A DNA stretch of 60,752 nucleotides, taken from positions 1-60,752 of the forward strand of contig CAYQMI010000004.1 of NCBI GenBank assembly GCA_964418575.1, given 5' to 3'. This document shows, piece after piece, positions 1 to 11,107 of this stretch. A program made the position numbers and the translations under genes. The notes beneath the pieces are model-generated. The model had not been told where the DNA came from. It saw nothing but the letters and a program-made list of their open reading frames with translations, and searched no databases. Position 1 is the stretch's first letter. Every line of letters starts with the position of its first letter. This DNA comes from an uncultured Glaciecola sp. (GTDB taxonomy: Bacteria > Pseudomonadota > Gammaproteobacteria > Enterobacterales > Alteromonadaceae).

Positions 1-736
1 TCTTTTCAACCAAGGAATAAGCGTTAATGGGTTTAACTGCATAATCGCTTACACCGGCTCTAACCGCACTTAAGCGAGTTTCGAAGTTAAACAAGCTGCT
101 ACAAGCAATGACCTTAATGCCTCGTTGAGCTATTTGTTTAGCAAATAAGAATACTTGATCTGTAGTAACGCGGGGCATAACGATATCGAGTAAGACTAAA
201 TCAGGCGTAGCACGTTTTAAACTCACCTCAAACTCACTTATCGACTCATAATAGCTCACTTGAAACGCGAACTGCTCTAGCGTTAACTTTAGGAAATTAC
301 CTACAGATCGCTCATCATCAATAATCGCGATTTTAATAGGCCGGTGTTTGTGCTGGTCGCCTCCACAGCCCAGCGGATATTGCCTAGACATTTGGTCAAT
401 AAAACTTGCTCGCGTGCTTGCTTCATCCAAAAACGGGTCTGGATCAAGCTTACTCGAGCGAATCAATTGATTCATCAACCAGTCAATATCAGAGCTTGTT
501 TTCGATTTGCTTTGCGCACCACTAATTCCGTGGGCACAGGCTAACTCCATAGTTTGTAAGATTTGGTGTAAAGCATAGAGGGCGTAGGGCGAATAATCTT
601 GACTCGTTTGGTTCAAGCAACGCAAAAAGCTCGCGAGTTCTTGGGTCTCGCAAGTTGCTCGAGCTTCCGACCAAGCCTTGATCAGAGCTTTTAAGTCGTC
701 GGTATACTTAGCGCTTAGTTTGTTTAAAGGGACAAT
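1..736 (-). CDS. Response-regulator receiver-domain protein, truncated at window edge (start uncertain)
   Basis: Manual translation of the minus strand gives an open frame from about 825 to the edge with IKIAIIDDERSVG...PDLVLLDIVMP (REC motifs) after a helical N-terminal region. Not in the ORF track because it has no stop within the window. Confidence 0.75.
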   Translation of the reverse strand, partial: MVPLNKLSAKYTDDLKALIKAWSEARATCETQELASFLRCLNQTSQDYSPYALYALHQILQTMELACAHGISGAQSKSKTSSDIDWLMNQLIRSSKLDPDPFLDEASTRASFIDQMSRQYPLGCGGDQHKHRPIKIAIIDDERSVGNFLKLTLEQFAFQVSYYESISEFEVSLKRATPDLVLLDIVMPRVTTDQVFLFAKQIAQRGIKVIACSSLFNFETRLSAVRAGVSDYAVKPINAYSLVEK

Positions 737-1127
737 GGTTATTTCCTCATCTGCGGCATAAGCGGCTTGCAGGAGTTGTTTACATTTAAGGTTATTAGAA
801 AGGTTATCGGCACATGATAAAAAACATTAAGTCCGACAAGCGTATTCACATATCAATTTCAATTTCCGGCAAAACTTAATCAAGCCATTTACTCTAAAGC
901 GATGCATAAACCCATTTTAAAAAAATACTCCAATAGTTATTTGTAGTGTTTAAGACAAACTTCGCTGATTAGACCAGTAATTTGCTGAAAACATGCGCCA
1001 ATGTGTGGTATTTTCTAAAAATTACGTCAAACTCTGGATTACAAAAAATCGAAGTGTCGAATTATTCTTCATTTCGTTCGACTTCTGCACGATACGTGCA
1101 TAATCCTGACAAATAAGTACACGTTGC

Positions 1128-1556
1128 ATGAATTTATTGTTAATAAATGGTCCAAATCTAAATCTTTTAGGCACACGCGAACCCGAAGTGTACGGCGCTC
1201 AAACTCTAGCAGATATTGAGTCCGAGCTTAGCGCATATGCCGAAGCGCGCAAGATAAAGCTAAGTTCTTATCAATCCAATGCGGAGCATGAATTAATTAA
1301 TTGTGTGCAGCAGCACATGGGAAAGGTGGATGGCATTATCATCAATCCTGGTGCCTACACGCACACGAGCATCGCACTTAGAGACGCTTTTTTAGCAAGC
1401 GGTATTCCTTTTATAGAAGTACATCTTTCGAACGTATATGGCAGAGAGTCATTTCGTCACACGTCGTATTTATCAGATATTGCGAAAGGCGTGATCATCG
1501 GTTTAGGTTCAACAGGTTACCAATTAGCAATCGATGCATTTGCTACGAATAAGTAA
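1128..1556 (+). CDS. aroQ: Type II 3-dehydroquinate dehydratase
   Basis: [33 protein letters not shown] motifs; upstream of accB-accC. Confidence 0.97.
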   Translation: MNLLLINGPNLNLLGTREPEVYGAQTLADIESELSAYAEARKIKLSSYQSNAEHELINCVQQHMGKVDGIIINPGAYTHTSIALRDAFLASGIPFIEVHLSNVYGRESFRHTSYLSDIAKGVIIGLGSTGYQLAIDAFATNK

Positions 1557-1613
1557 ACATATATTTTTAAACTAAATAATACGCACAACAAAACAAGAGT
1601 ATAAGGCGACAAC

Positions 1614-2063
1614 ATGGACATTAGAAAAATTAAGAAGCTTATAGAACTGGTGGAAGAATCAGGCATCGCTGAACTAGAGATCACCGAGGGCGAGGAATCC
1701 GTCCGCATTCATCGTGGTCAGTCTGCACAAACTGTGCAATATGCTCCAGCGCCAGTGCAGAGCGCTCCGGCACAAGCAGCACCCGTAGCTGCAGCGCCTG
1801 CCGCCCCAGCAGAGGCACCAGTTATATCTGGACATATTGTAAAATCACCGATGGTAGGCACTTTTTATCGCTCCTCTTCACCAGAAGCCAAGCCTTTTGC
1901 TGAGGTAGGTCAAAGCGTTAAGAAAGGGGACACCCTTTGTATTATCGAAGCGATGAAAATGATGAACCAAATTGAATCTGATGCCGACGGCGTGGTGAAA
2001 GAAATATTGGTTAGCAATCAAGAAGCCGTAGAATTTGATCAGCCGCTATTTGTTATCGAATAA
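1614..2063 (+). CDS. accB: Acetyl-CoA carboxylase biotin carboxyl carrier protein
   Basis: [12 protein letters not shown] start, Ala/Pro linker, EAMKM biotinylation motif. Confidence 0.98.
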   Translation: MDIRKIKKLIELVEESGIAELEITEGEESVRIHRGQSAQTVQYAPAPVQSAPAQAAPVAAAPAAPAEAPVISGHIVKSPMVGTFYRSSSPEAKPFAEVGQSVKKGDTLCIIEAMKMMNQIESDADGVVKEILVSNQEAVEFDQPLFVIE

Positions 2064-2077
2064 AAAAGGGCATTGCT

Positions 2078-3424
2078 ATGTTAGATAAAGTGCTAATCGC
2101 CAATCGCGGTGAAATTGCCCTTCGCATTATGCGAGCCTGTAAAGAGCTTGGCATAAAAACCGTTGCGGCGCACTCAACCGCCGATCGCAACTTAAAACAT
2201 GTATTGTTGGCAGACGAGTCTATATGTATTGGCAACGCGCCAGCCTCTGAAAGCTACTTAAATATTCCAAGAATTATTGCTGCAGCGGAAGTGACTAATG
2301 CTATCGCGATCCATCCTGGATATGGCTTTTTGTCTGAAAATGCAGATTTTGCGGAAGCAGTAGAAAAAAGCGGCTTTGTATTTATCGGGCCAACAGCACA
2401 AACTATTCGCCTAATGGGTGACAAAGTATCGGCTATTTCTGCCATGCGCAAAGCTGGTGTACCTTGCGTACCAGGCTCTGATGGCCCGCTTAGCGACGAT
2501 ATGACAAAAAACCGTGCGATTGCCAAACGTATCGGCTACCCAATGATCATAAAAGCATCCGGTGGTGGCGGTGGCCGCGGCATGCGCGTGGTACGTAGTG
2601 AAGATGAGCTAGAAAAAGCGATTAGCGCCACTAAACAAGAAGCCGGCGCGGCGTTTAATAACGATATCGTGTACATGGAAAAATATTTGGAAAATCCACG
2701 TCACGTTGAGATTCAAGTACTAGCAGATGGTCAAGGTAACGCTATCCATCTAGGCGAGCGTGATTGTTCTATGCAGCGCCGCCATCAAAAAGTAGTAGAA
2801 GAAGCGCCCGCCCCGGGCATTTCGCAGCAGATGCGCGATAAAATTGGCGACAGATGCCGAAGAGCTTGTATTGAGATTAACTATCGCGGAGCCGGCACCT
2901 TTGAATTCTTGTATGAAAACGGCGAGTTTTACTTTATTGAAATGAATACGCGTATTCAGGTAGAGCACCCAGTTACTGAAATGGTTACTGGCGTAGATTT
3001 GATAAAAGAGCAACTTCGCATTGCTGCCGGGCAGCCACTATCGGTCTCTCAAGAACAAATCCGTGTACACGGCCATGCAATTGAGTGCCGCATTAACGCT
3101 GAAGATCCAAACACCTTTATTCCAAGCCCAGGCAAAATCAACATGTTCCATTCGCCAGGCGGTTTAGGGGTGCGCTGGGAGTCGCATATTTACTCTGGCT
3201 ATACAGTACCGCCTTATTACGATTCAATGATAGGTAAACTGATTACCTACGGTGAAAGTCGTGACGAAGCGATCGCCCGGATGCGCCATGCATTAAATGA
3301 ACTAGTAGTAGACGGCATAAAAACCAACGTGCCCCTGCAACAACGCATCATGCAAGACGAGAACTTCTTCAATGGTGGCACCAACATCCACTACCTAGAA
3401 AAGAAACTCGAAAACGAAAAATAG
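2078..3424 (+). CDS. accC: Acetyl-CoA carboxylase biotin carboxylase
   Basis: [37 protein letters not shown] motifs. Confidence 0.98.
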   Translation: MLDKVLIANRGEIALRIMRACKELGIKTVAAHSTADRNLKHVLLADESICIGNAPASESYLNIPRIIAAAEVTNAIAIHPGYGFLSENADFAEAVEKSGFVFIGPTAQTIRLMGDKVSAISAMRKAGVPCVPGSDGPLSDDMTKNRAIAKRIGYPMIIKASGGGGGRGMRVVRSEDELEKAISATKQEAGAAFNNDIVYMEKYLENPRHVEIQVLADGQGNAIHLGERDCSMQRRHQKVVEEAPAPGISQQMRDKIGDRCRRACIEINYRGAGTFEFLYENGEFYFIEMNTRIQVEHPVTEMVTGVDLIKEQLRIAAGQPLSVSQEQIRVHGHAIECRINAEDPNTFIPSPGKINMFHSPGGLGVRWESHIYSGYTVPPYYDSMIGKLITYGESRDEAIARMRHALNELVVDGIKTNVPLQQRIMQDENFFNGGTNIHYLEKKLENEK

Positions 3425-3444
3425 CGCAAACACAAACCCAAACG

Positions 3445-3473
3445 AAAAAAACCGGCACCAAGCCGGTTTTTTT
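3445..3473 (+). terminator. Intrinsic terminator after accC
   Basis: A7-CCGGC-accaa-GCCGG-T7 hairpin. Confidence 0.85.
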
Positions 3474-3495
3474 ATCCACAATCCCACACGGGGAA

Positions 3496-3755
3496 AATCC
3501 CACACGGGGACACCCAAACTAAATTTAGAGTTATCCACACTTCTGCATGAGGACACCCAAGCTTCAAACAACCCAAATTCAAGATTGGAGCGTCAAAAAC
3601 AAATCTAAATACTCATCTATGTGAGAATCCAACACAGGGACACCCAAACCCAATTTAGAGTTATCCACATTTCTGCATGAGGACACCCAATCTTCAAACA
3701 GCCCAAATTTAAGATTGGAGCGTCAAAAAGAAATCTAAATACTTATCTATATGAG
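3496..3755 (+). repeat. Imperfect 130-bp tandem duplication; each unit has two GGACACCCAA motifs and one TTATCCACA
   Basis: 3496-3625 aligns with 3626-3755 without gaps; motifs at 3508/3638 and 3551/3681; a 16-bp partial copy precedes it (3480-3495). Confidence 0.95.
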
Positions 3756-3794
3756 TATAAACACTTATTCGATAAAGATGTTTTTGGGTGTCCC

Positions 3795-4175
3795 GTGATT
3801 TCTCAAATTGATGTTGAAAACTGCGACTTGATGAGTTTATTCACCTTTCGCTTTGCGCTTGACGACACAAATGATGTTGTTGACTTAAAACAAGATATAC
3901 GAGATTTAACGAGTTTCCCAGAACGCTTGTATAGCAGTTATGAGGCAGAGTGGAGGGTGTATGTAAAACGAAAACTTCATGCTTTAGATAAAGCCCCGAA
4001 ACACAAACAAGTAGCTTTAGTGAAGCTGTTAAACAAGCTTGAAAATGACGATGATGAAAATTACATCAAACTACGCGAAATTATAAATACCGCCATAAAG
4101 GTGAACAATTCTAGCTCAGTCACTGTAATGACTACTCCACTCAAGTCTTACGTAAACTATTTATTAACACTTTGA
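3795..4175 (+). CDS. Hypothetical protein (about 126 aa; start uncertain)
   Basis: Open frame with globular-looking composition, followed closely by the next small gene; no family recognised. Confidence 0.65.
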   Translation: MISQIDVENCDLMSLFTFRFALDDTNDVVDLKQDIRDLTSFPERLYSSYEAEWRVYVKRKLHALDKAPKHKQVALVKLLNKLENDDDENYIKLREIINTAIKVNNSSSVTVMTTPLKSYVNYLLTL

Positions 4176-4186
4176 AGGTTGCATAT

Positions 4187-4369
4187 ATGTTCGGATTATT
4201 TAAAAAAGACCCTACCAAGAAACTCCGTAAAACTTATGATATCAAGCTCGAGCAAGCCATGCTTGCCCAGCGTAAAGGCGATATAAAAACATACTCAATG
4301 CTTACCGCTGAAGCTGAAGCAATTTGGGCGCAAATAGAAGCATTGCAAAACGAACAGAAAAATAATTGA
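4187..4369 (+). CDS. Small conserved helical protein (DUF6435-like)
   Basis: MFGLFKKDPTKKLRK..Y..KLEQAM.AQRKGDI..YS.L pattern; ATG at 4187 after GAAGG. Confidence 0.75.
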   Translation: MFGLFKKDPTKKLRKTYDIKLEQAMLAQRKGDIKTYSMLTAEAEAIWAQIEALQNEQKNN

Positions 4370-4680
4370 TTGTTGTCGAAGACGCAAGGCTGTATTGGCT
4401 TAAAAATTCTAGTACTTTGCAAAATCCTAATATGTTTATAGTTTACTTTGAATATCGATAACTAAAAAAGGCCAATACGATTCCTCATTCGGTTATCATG
4501 TCTTCATCATTTTGTGCACTTCATAAATATCTCTAGTCTGTAAGAACTATTTATATACAGTGATACAAAACTCATCTACAGCACCCTGTTATGTAGTATA
4601 TTTCCCTCTCGTATCTTGAGCATAAGATGAAAGATATGAGACGATTATAATAACGATAGGAGCTAATATGGGACTTCTGA

Positions 4681-5568
4681 ATGCCTTGGCAACAACTTAA
4701 AATCAATGTAAAAGCGGCCGACGCCGAGCGCGTAGGGGACATGCTAAGCGAGTTTGAAGCTCAAGCAGTAACGTTTATCGATGCCAAAGACACACCTGTT
4801 TACGAACCAAAGCCTGGTGAAGTATTACTTTGGCCAGATACGCAGGTTATTGGTTTGTATGAGGCAGATTATGATCTAACCCTTGTGATTGAAGCCCTGC
4901 GTGGCTTCCCCATATTTGAAAACAACTTTAATTATGTCTTAGACCAGCTTGAAGACAAGGAATGGGAGCGCGAATGGATGGACAACTTCCATCCCATGCA
5001 ATTTGGTCAGCGTTTATGGATATGCCCTAGTTGGCGCGACGCACCTGACCCAGACGCAGTGAATGTTAAACTCGACCCTGGTTTGGCATTCGGAACCGGC
5101 ACACACCCAACAACGTCGCTTTGCCTAAAATGGCTAGACTCTCAATCTATGGAAGATAAAACCGTTGTAGATTTTGGTTGCGGCAGCGGCATTCTTGCGG
5201 TTGCGGCCTTAAAGTTGGGCGCGAAAAATGTTATTGGCATTGATATCGACCCGCAAGCACTGCTAGCAAGCGAACAAAACGCCAAAAACAACGAGGTTGC
5301 CGACAAGCTGTCATTATTCCTACCTGAAAATCAACCTGAAGGTGCGGTTGATGTGGTCATGGCAAACATTTTGGCTGGGCCCTTGAAAGAGCTGCATAAA
5401 ATTATCACCGCCTACGTAAAACCGGGCGGAAGTTTAATTATGTCAGGAATTTTAGAGTCTCAAGTCAATGAAGTGTTAACACAATATGAAAATAACTTTG
5501 CATTTGAAGCTTATAAAAGCGAAGGCGAATGGGTTCGCTTAGTAGGCCGTCGTTTCGTAGCGCCATAG
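4681..5568 (+). CDS. prmA: Ribosomal protein L11 methyltransferase
   Basis: [29 protein letters not shown] motifs; upstream of dusB-fis. Confidence 0.97.
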   Translation: MPWQQLKINVKAADAERVGDMLSEFEAQAVTFIDAKDTPVYEPKPGEVLLWPDTQVIGLYEADYDLTLVIEALRGFPIFENNFNYVLDQLEDKEWEREWMDNFHPMQFGQRLWICPSWRDAPDPDAVNVKLDPGLAFGTGTHPTTSLCLKWLDSQSMEDKTVVDFGCGSGILAVAALKLGAKNVIGIDIDPQALLASEQNAKNNEVADKLSLFLPENQPEGAVDVVMANILAGPLKELHKIITAYVKPGGSLIMSGILESQVNEVLTQYENNFAFEAYKSEGEWVRLVGRRFVAP

Positions 5569-5611
5569 CTCAATAGTCAAGTTATTTTTATCACTTTTGT
5601 TTAAAAATTAA

Positions 5612-5652
5612 CCTTTTCAAAAGCACGAAAAAAACGTAGTATACGCCGCCCT
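5612..5652 (+). promoter_or_regulatory. dusB-fis promoter with GC-rich discriminator
   Basis: TTTTCA...TAGTAT-ACGCCGCC resembles the stringently controlled gammaproteobacterial fis promoter. Confidence 0.65.
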
Positions 5653-5681
5653 AATAAAGGGTAGTCAATTTTGGTACATAA

Positions 5682-6689
5682 ATGATGCGTCGATTGCAGA
5701 TAGGTCAACACAGATTATCGAACAATTTGATCCTTGCACCAATGGCCGGAATTACTGACCGTCCCTTTAGGGAGCTGTGCAGAAACATGGGTGCTGGTTT
5801 AGCAGTCTCTGAGATGCTATCGAGCAATCCCAAAGTTTGGCAGACCGAAAAGTCAATGAACCGTATGAATCATGAAGGCGAATCGGGTATTCGCTCCGTG
5901 CAGATTGCGGGAAGTGAGCCGGAGTTGATGGCGCAAGCTGCAAAGCTTAACGTTGAAAATGGCGCACAGATAATTGACATAAACATGGGATGTCCAGCTA
6001 AAAAAGTCAATAAAAAATTGGCAGGTTCAGCGTTGCTGCAAGATCCTCAGCTAGTTGCACGCATCTTAGATGCGGTTGTCGATGCAGTTGAAGTGCCCGT
6101 GACACTTAAAATTCGAACGGGTTGGGACGTTGAAAATAAAAATGGCATTGAAATAGCGCACATAGCGCAAAACAGCGGCATTCAATCTCTAGCCGTTCAT
6201 GGACGTACTCGCAGCTGCATGTTTAAAGGCTCGGTTGAATATGACACGATCAAGGCAATTAAGCAGGCAGTGGATATCCCGGTTATTGCAAACGGAGATA
6301 TTACGAACGAGATAGAAGCCAAGCAGGTATTAGATTATACCAATGCAGACGGCATCATGATTGGACGAGCTGCGCAGGGGAACCCATGGATTTTCCAGCA
6401 AATTCAATATTTTTTGGAAACCGGGGATACATTGGCTAAACCCAGTGTCACAGAGCAGAGTAATGTGCTATTGACGCACATGCAGGGTCTTTACGACCTA
6501 TACGGAGAGTTTTCAGGCGTTAGGATTGCGCGCAAGCATGTGGGTTGGTATGTCACAGCCCATGACGAATCAAGGGGATTTCGTCGGACGTTTAATGCAA
6601 TTGAATGTGCCGAAGAGCAACTATCTGCATTAACCGATTATTTTTCATTGTTACACGAACGGTCACAAAACCTAAACCGTGTAGCCTAG
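5682..6689 (+). CDS. dusB: tRNA-dihydrouridine synthase B
   Basis: [29 protein letters not shown] motifs; precedes fis. Confidence 0.97.
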   Translation: MMRRLQIGQHRLSNNLILAPMAGITDRPFRELCRNMGAGLAVSEMLSSNPKVWQTEKSMNRMNHEGESGIRSVQIAGSEPELMAQAAKLNVENGAQIIDINMGCPAKKVNKKLAGSALLQDPQLVARILDAVVDAVEVPVTLKIRTGWDVENKNGIEIAHIAQNSGIQSLAVHGRTRSCMFKGSVEYDTIKAIKQAVDIPVIANGDITNEIEAKQVLDYTNADGIMIGRAAQGNPWIFQQIQYFLETGDTLAKPSVTEQSNVLLTHMQGLYDLYGEFSGVRIARKHVGWYVTAHDESRGFRRTFNAIECAEEQLSALTDYFSLLHERSQNLNRVA

Positions 6690-6722
6690 CGTTAAGCATT
6701 ACATAAGAGAGCAGTAGAAAAT

Positions 6723-7016
6723 ATGTTTGATCAAAATCTAACATCAGCATTCACCACGACAGTAACAACACCTTCACAGGCGCAAGCACAAAAACCATTG
6801 CGTTCATCTGTAAAACAAGCGGTAAACAAATACCTTAAAGAGTTAAACAACCAAGACATCGATAACTTATATGAGTTGGTGTTAGCGGAAATAGAAGCTC
6901 CTTTGTTAGAAGAAGTGATGACCTATACTCGCGGCAACCAAACCCGCGCTGCTAACCTTATGGGCATCAACCGCGGCACACTCCGCAAGAAGTTAAAGCA
7001 GTACGGTTTAGGTTAA
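6723..7016 (+). CDS. fis: DNA-binding protein Fis
   Basis: [37 protein letters not shown]. Confidence 0.98.
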   Translation: MFDQNLTSAFTTTVTTPSQAQAQKPLRSSVKQAVNKYLKELNNQDIDNLYELVLAEIEAPLLEEVMTYTRGNQTRAANLMGINRGTLRKKLKQYGLG

Positions 7017-7035
7017 TAAACACCAATGTAAACAC

Positions 7036-7065
7036 AAAAAAGAGCGCCTCTATGCGCTCTTTTTT
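7036..7065 (+). terminator. Intrinsic terminator after fis
   Basis: AAAAAAGAGCGC-ctctat-GCGCTCTTTTTT. Confidence 0.88.
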
Positions 7066-7235
7066 GTTATCATGCTCCACCGGCTGGGACACCCAAAAAG
7101 AATAAGTCAAACAAGCAATCACTAACACCACGCTAGGCGCTCATCGCGTCCGCGGACAATGTTAAGTCTTAAACTCGCTTGCAAGCTATTTCGGGGACAC
7201 CCAAACTTTTTATTTCATTTTCAATTGAGACCATC

Positions 7236-8831
7236 ATGCAACAAGCTATTCCTATTAAACGCGCTTTACTAAGCGTTTCAGACAAAACTGGCATCGTCGA
7301 ATTCTCCCAAGCCCTGGCTAATAGCGGAGTTGAAATATTATCCACAGGCGGCACTGCTAGTTTACTTCGTCAATCTGGAATCGCAGTAAAGGATGTGAGT
7401 GAGCATACAGGACATCCGGAAATTATGGATGGCCGTGTAAAGACTCTGCATCCAAAGGTGCATGGCGGAATTCTCGGGCGTCGTGATATTGACAGTAAAA
7501 TAATGGAGCGACACGAGATTGCCACCATAGATTTAGTGGTGGTTAACCTATACCCCTTTGCTGAGACAGTCGCAAAAGAAGAATGTTCTCTTGAAGATGC
7601 AATAGAAAACATTGATATTGGTGGGCCAACTATGGTCAGGGCGGCTGCAAAAAACCATAAAGATGTATTAATTGTGGTTGACCCACAGGACTACGCAGCG
7701 CTAACAGATGAACTAGCTAGCAATGATAACTGCACTTCCTACAAACGCAGATTTGATTTGGCAGTAAAAGCATTTGAGCATACCGCTCAATATGAGGGGA
7801 TGATTGCGGATTATTTAGGTAAGCAAATAAATGCTCTCGACGATGAGAGTGAAGAAGAGCAATACAGCCCCTTCCCTCGTACCTTAAATATTCAAATGAT
7901 AAAAAAGCAAGACTTGAGATATGGTGAAAATAGCCATCAAAGTGCCGCTTTTTATGTCGAGCACGACATTCAAGAAGCATCTGTAGCAAGTGCTGTGCAA
8001 TTACAAGGTAAAGCCTTATCATTTAACAATATTGCTGATACCGACTCTGCACTAGAATGCGTAAAAGAATTTGATCAGCCCGCCTGTGTCATCGTTAAAC
8101 ATGCAAACCCTTGCGGTGTGGCAGTTAGTGCTTCAATAGCCGAGGCATATGAACTAGCTTACCAAACCGATCCAACATCTGCCTTTGGCGGCATTATTGC
8201 GTTTAACCGAGAGCTAGACCAAGAAACCGCTGAGAAAATTATTTCTCGTCAGTTTGTGGAAGTTATTATCGCTCCAAAGGTTAGCGAAGATGCCAAAAAA
8301 GTGATCACACAAAAACAAAATGTCCGTCTTTTAGAATGTGGCGATTGGTATGGTCAACTTACCGAAGGAAATGACTTTAAACGAGTCAATGGCGGCATGT
8401 TAGTTCAAGAACGTGATTTCGGCATGGTTGAGGCTGACGATTTAACAATTGTTAGTAAAAGGACACCCAACGAAGAGGAATTACAAGACTTAATGTTTAC
8501 ATGGAAAGTGGCTAAGTATGTAAAGTCAAACGCCATTGTATACGCCAAAGCTGGTCAAACCGTTGGGGTTGGTGCTGGGCAAATGAGCAGAGTGTACTCG
8601 GCAAAAATTGCTGGTATAAAAGCAGCCGATGAAAACTTAGAAGTAGCCGGCTGCGTTATGGCGTCTGACGCATTTTTCCCTTTCCGTGATGGAATTGATG
8701 CTGCAGCGAGTGCCGGCATTACCGCAGTTATTCAGCCAGGAGGCTCAATGCGGGACGAAGAAGTAATCGCAGCAGCCGACGAGCACGGAATGGCGATGGT
8801 ATTTACCGGTATGCGTCACTTCAAACATTAA
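7236..8831 (+). CDS. purH: Bifunctional AICAR transformylase/IMP cyclohydrolase
   Basis: [30 protein letters not shown]; ATG 7236 preferred over the track start. Confidence 0.98.
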   Translation: MQQAIPIKRALLSVSDKTGIVEFSQALANSGVEILSTGGTASLLRQSGIAVKDVSEHTGHPEIMDGRVKTLHPKVHGGILGRRDIDSKIMERHEIATIDLVVVNLYPFAETVAKEECSLEDAIENIDIGGPTMVRAAAKNHKDVLIVVDPQDYAALTDELASNDNCTSYKRRFDLAVKAFEHTAQYEGMIADYLGKQINALDDESEEEQYSPFPRTLNIQMIKKQDLRYGENSHQSAAFYVEHDIQEASVASAVQLQGKALSFNNIADTDSALECVKEFDQPACVIVKHANPCGVAVSASIAEAYELAYQTDPTSAFGGIIAFNRELDQETAEKIISRQFVEVIIAPKVSEDAKKVITQKQNVRLLECGDWYGQLTEGNDFKRVNGGMLVQERDFGMVEADDLTIVSKRTPNEEELQDLMFTWKVAKYVKSNAIVYAKAGQTVGVGAGQMSRVYSAKIAGIKAADENLEVAGCVMASDAFFPFRDGIDAAASAGITAVIQPGGSMRDEEVIAAADEHGMAMVFTGMRHFKH

Positions 8832-8862
8832 TTTTCACGAATATTCGAGGACACCCAAAACA

Positions 8863-10158
8863 ATGAAGGTATTGATAATTGGCAATGGTGGCAGAGAACA
8901 TGCACTTGCATTTAAGTCCGCGCAATCAAATGCAGTTTCAAAAGTATTTGTCGCACCAGGAAATGCCGGAACACTCAACGAAGCATCACTTACCAACGTT
9001 GAAATATCAAGTGACGACAATCAAGCACTTTTAGACTTTGCTCTTAAAGAGGGTATTGACTTAACAATTGTTGGCCCAGAAGCACCTCTTGTTTCTGGGA
9101 TAGTCGACCTCTTCGAAGAGCACGGACTTATGGTATTCGGCCCGTCTCAAAAAGCAGCGCAACTAGAAGGTTCAAAAGCTTTTACAAAAGACTTTTTGAA
9201 AAAGTATCACATACCAACGGGTGACTATGCGACCTTCGAGGACACCCAACAAGCTATTGACTACGTTAAACAAAAAGGCGCACCTATCGTAATCAAGGCC
9301 GACGGGTTAGCCGCTGGAAAAGGCGTAATTGTAGCGACCGATGAACAAATGGCTATTGATGCGATAAAGGACATGTTGTCGGGTAATAAATTCGGCAACG
9401 CAGGTAGCAGAGTTGTCATCGAAGAGTTTTTAGATGGGGAAGAGGCTAGTTTTATTGTCATGGTTGACGGTAAAAATATACTTCCTTTTGCAACTAGCCA
9501 AGATCATAAGCGCGCATATGATGGTGACAAAGGACCTAACACTGGTGGCATGGGAGCCTATTCACCGGCACCGGTGGTCACGGCCCAAATTCATGAAAAA
9601 GTCATGCGAGAGATCATCGAGCCTACTGTAGCTGGTATGCAAAATGAAGGTTCGCCATATAAAGGCTTTTTATACGCAGGACTGATGATAAATGACCGTG
9701 GTCAACCCAAGGTCATAGAATATAACTGCCGATTTGGCGATCCTGAAACACAACCTATTATGATGAGGCTCAAGTCTGATTTAGTCAGTTTGTGTGTCCA
9801 CGCATGTGAAGGCAATCTCGATGAGGCTGACATTGAGTTTGATACGCGAGCTGCGGTCGGTGTAGTTTTGGCTGCTGGGGGCTATCCGCACGGTTACGGA
9901 AAAGGGAAAGTTATATCAGGCATTGATAATGTGTCTGATGAATTAGGTAAAGTTTTCCACGCAGGAACAGCGTTTGTAGACGGTGCTGTAGTTACATCTG
10001 GTGGAAGAGTACTTTGTGCGACAGCTCTCGGTGAAACGGTTTCAGAAGCGCAACTTAAAGCTTATAAAATAGTTGATAAAATCAGTTGGGAAGAAATGTT
10101 TTTCCGTAAAGACATCGCATTCCGCGCAATCGAAAGAGAAAAAGCCATTAATGAATAA
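8863..10158 (+). CDS. purD: Phosphoribosylamine--glycine ligase
   Basis: GNGGREHAL, KADGLAAGKGV, QDHKR, RFGDPETQ. Confidence 0.98.
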   Translation: MKVLIIGNGGREHALAFKSAQSNAVSKVFVAPGNAGTLNEASLTNVEISSDDNQALLDFALKEGIDLTIVGPEAPLVSGIVDLFEEHGLMVFGPSQKAAQLEGSKAFTKDFLKKYHIPTGDYATFEDTQQAIDYVKQKGAPIVIKADGLAAGKGVIVATDEQMAIDAIKDMLSGNKFGNAGSRVVIEEFLDGEEASFIVMVDGKNILPFATSQDHKRAYDGDKGPNTGGMGAYSPAPVVTAQIHEKVMREIIEPTVAGMQNEGSPYKGFLYAGLMINDRGQPKVIEYNCRFGDPETQPIMMRLKSDLVSLCVHACEGNLDEADIEFDTRAAVGVVLAAGGYPHGYGKGKVISGIDNVSDELGKVFHAGTAFVDGAVVTSGGRVLCATALGETVSEAQLKAYKIVDKISWEEMFFRKDIAFRAIEREKAINE

Positions 10159-11107
10159 GGGAATTAGCTGACTGCGGACGAGCAAGGCCCGTCCGCACCA
10201 ATTCCCTATATCGCTGCACATGCATACTTGAGCCTGCCGCGTAAGCAAATTCGCGTTCAAATTGACGTGTTTTTCTAACCCAATCTCGATTGAAATGTAT
10301 CTTGCCAAAACGAATAGCTTTTGCGGAAGACACTCGCTCAGATTTTATAAGGTTCCGTAACTGGTCTAGATAAGTGCTCAGCGGAATCTCTTCCAAAAAA
10401 CTTCGCCCAGGTAAATGTTGCTGAATGCCAAAGGGCAACAATTTTGTTGCTTCTTGATTTTGCGCCCAACGCAAACGACATCGAATACTCGTGTACAATG
10501 AACTTTCAAGCGAGTTACTAACGCCCGCTCTTACCGGGTTTAAATCAACGTACATCATGCATGCTAAGACCGCTTTTTCTGTTAACAATGCCTGAGATTT
10601 AAACCTCCCTTCCCAGAAGCGGCCGGTGCAATCATCTTCTTTGTTCGCTTTTCTAGCGATATGTTGATTAAGTAAACTCATAAACCAGCTTATGCTCATG
10701 AGTCTTTCTCTAATTTTTGAGGCGACGCTACCTACATATACCAACTCATTTTCGGTTAACGTTGGTCGAGTTTTTATATCTGTATATCGCTCGCAAACTT
10801 CGTCGAGCTTGAAGAATGTACCCCACTTTTTTAGCACCTCATAGTCGCTTAAAGCCGCATTTTCTTGGGTATTTACGTACAAAACGATATGTGTGTGATT
10901 ATGCATCACCGCATAAGCAAATACATCTATCGTAAATACTTCAGCTAGCATGAGTAAACGATGCTCTACCCAAGATCTGCGGTGTTCAAAACTACGACCA
11001 CTGATATTATCTTTGCCACACAAATACGCGCGACGCACGCATCTCGATACGCAATGATAAAATTGCGTTTGGTTTATATTAATTAAGTGTTTTCTTGGAT
11101 AAGTCAT
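10148..11107 (-). CDS. Y1 HUH transposase/nuclease, RAYT-like (IS200/IS605 superfamily)
   Basis: YHCVSRCVRRAYLCG, AYAVMHNHTHIVL (HUH), GRFWEGRFKSQAL, YVDLNPVRAG (catalytic Tyr); ATG 11107 preferred; no tnpB or terminal inverted repeats seen. Confidence 0.9.
   Translation of the reverse strand: MTYPRKHLININQTQFYHCVSRCVRRAYLCGKDNISGRSFEHRRSWVEHRLLMLAEVFTIDVFAYAVMHNHTHIVLYVNTQENAALSDYEVLKKWGTFFKLDEVCERYTDIKTRPTLTENELVYVGSVASKIRERLMSISWFMSLLNQHIARKANKEDDCTGRFWEGRFKSQALLTEKAVLACMMYVDLNPVRAGVSNSLESSLYTSIRCRLRWAQNQEATKLLPFGIQQHLPGRSFLEEIPLSTYLDQLRNLIKSERVSSAKAIRFGKIHFNRDWVRKTRQFEREFAYAAGSSMHVQRYRELVRTGLARPQSANSLIH

Noticed and set aside
1928-1935. accB copy as a functional motif
   Set aside because: It lacks the AA extension and encodes the conserved GDTL. 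Counted as a core but likely incidental; 13316 is similarly weak.
3480-3793. CRISPR array
   Set aside because: The repeated core is only about 10-12 bp, the 'spacers' are themselves duplicated and alternate in length (43/87 bp periods), and no cas genes are present.
3430-3800. Chromosomal oriC
   Set aside because: It has DnaA boxes but no mioC/gidA or dnaA neighbours, no GATC cluster and no 13-mer-type unwinding repeats.
7066-7235. ZTP riboswitch or PurR box upstream of purH
   Set aside because: I could not recognise either consensus; only two motif copies are evident.
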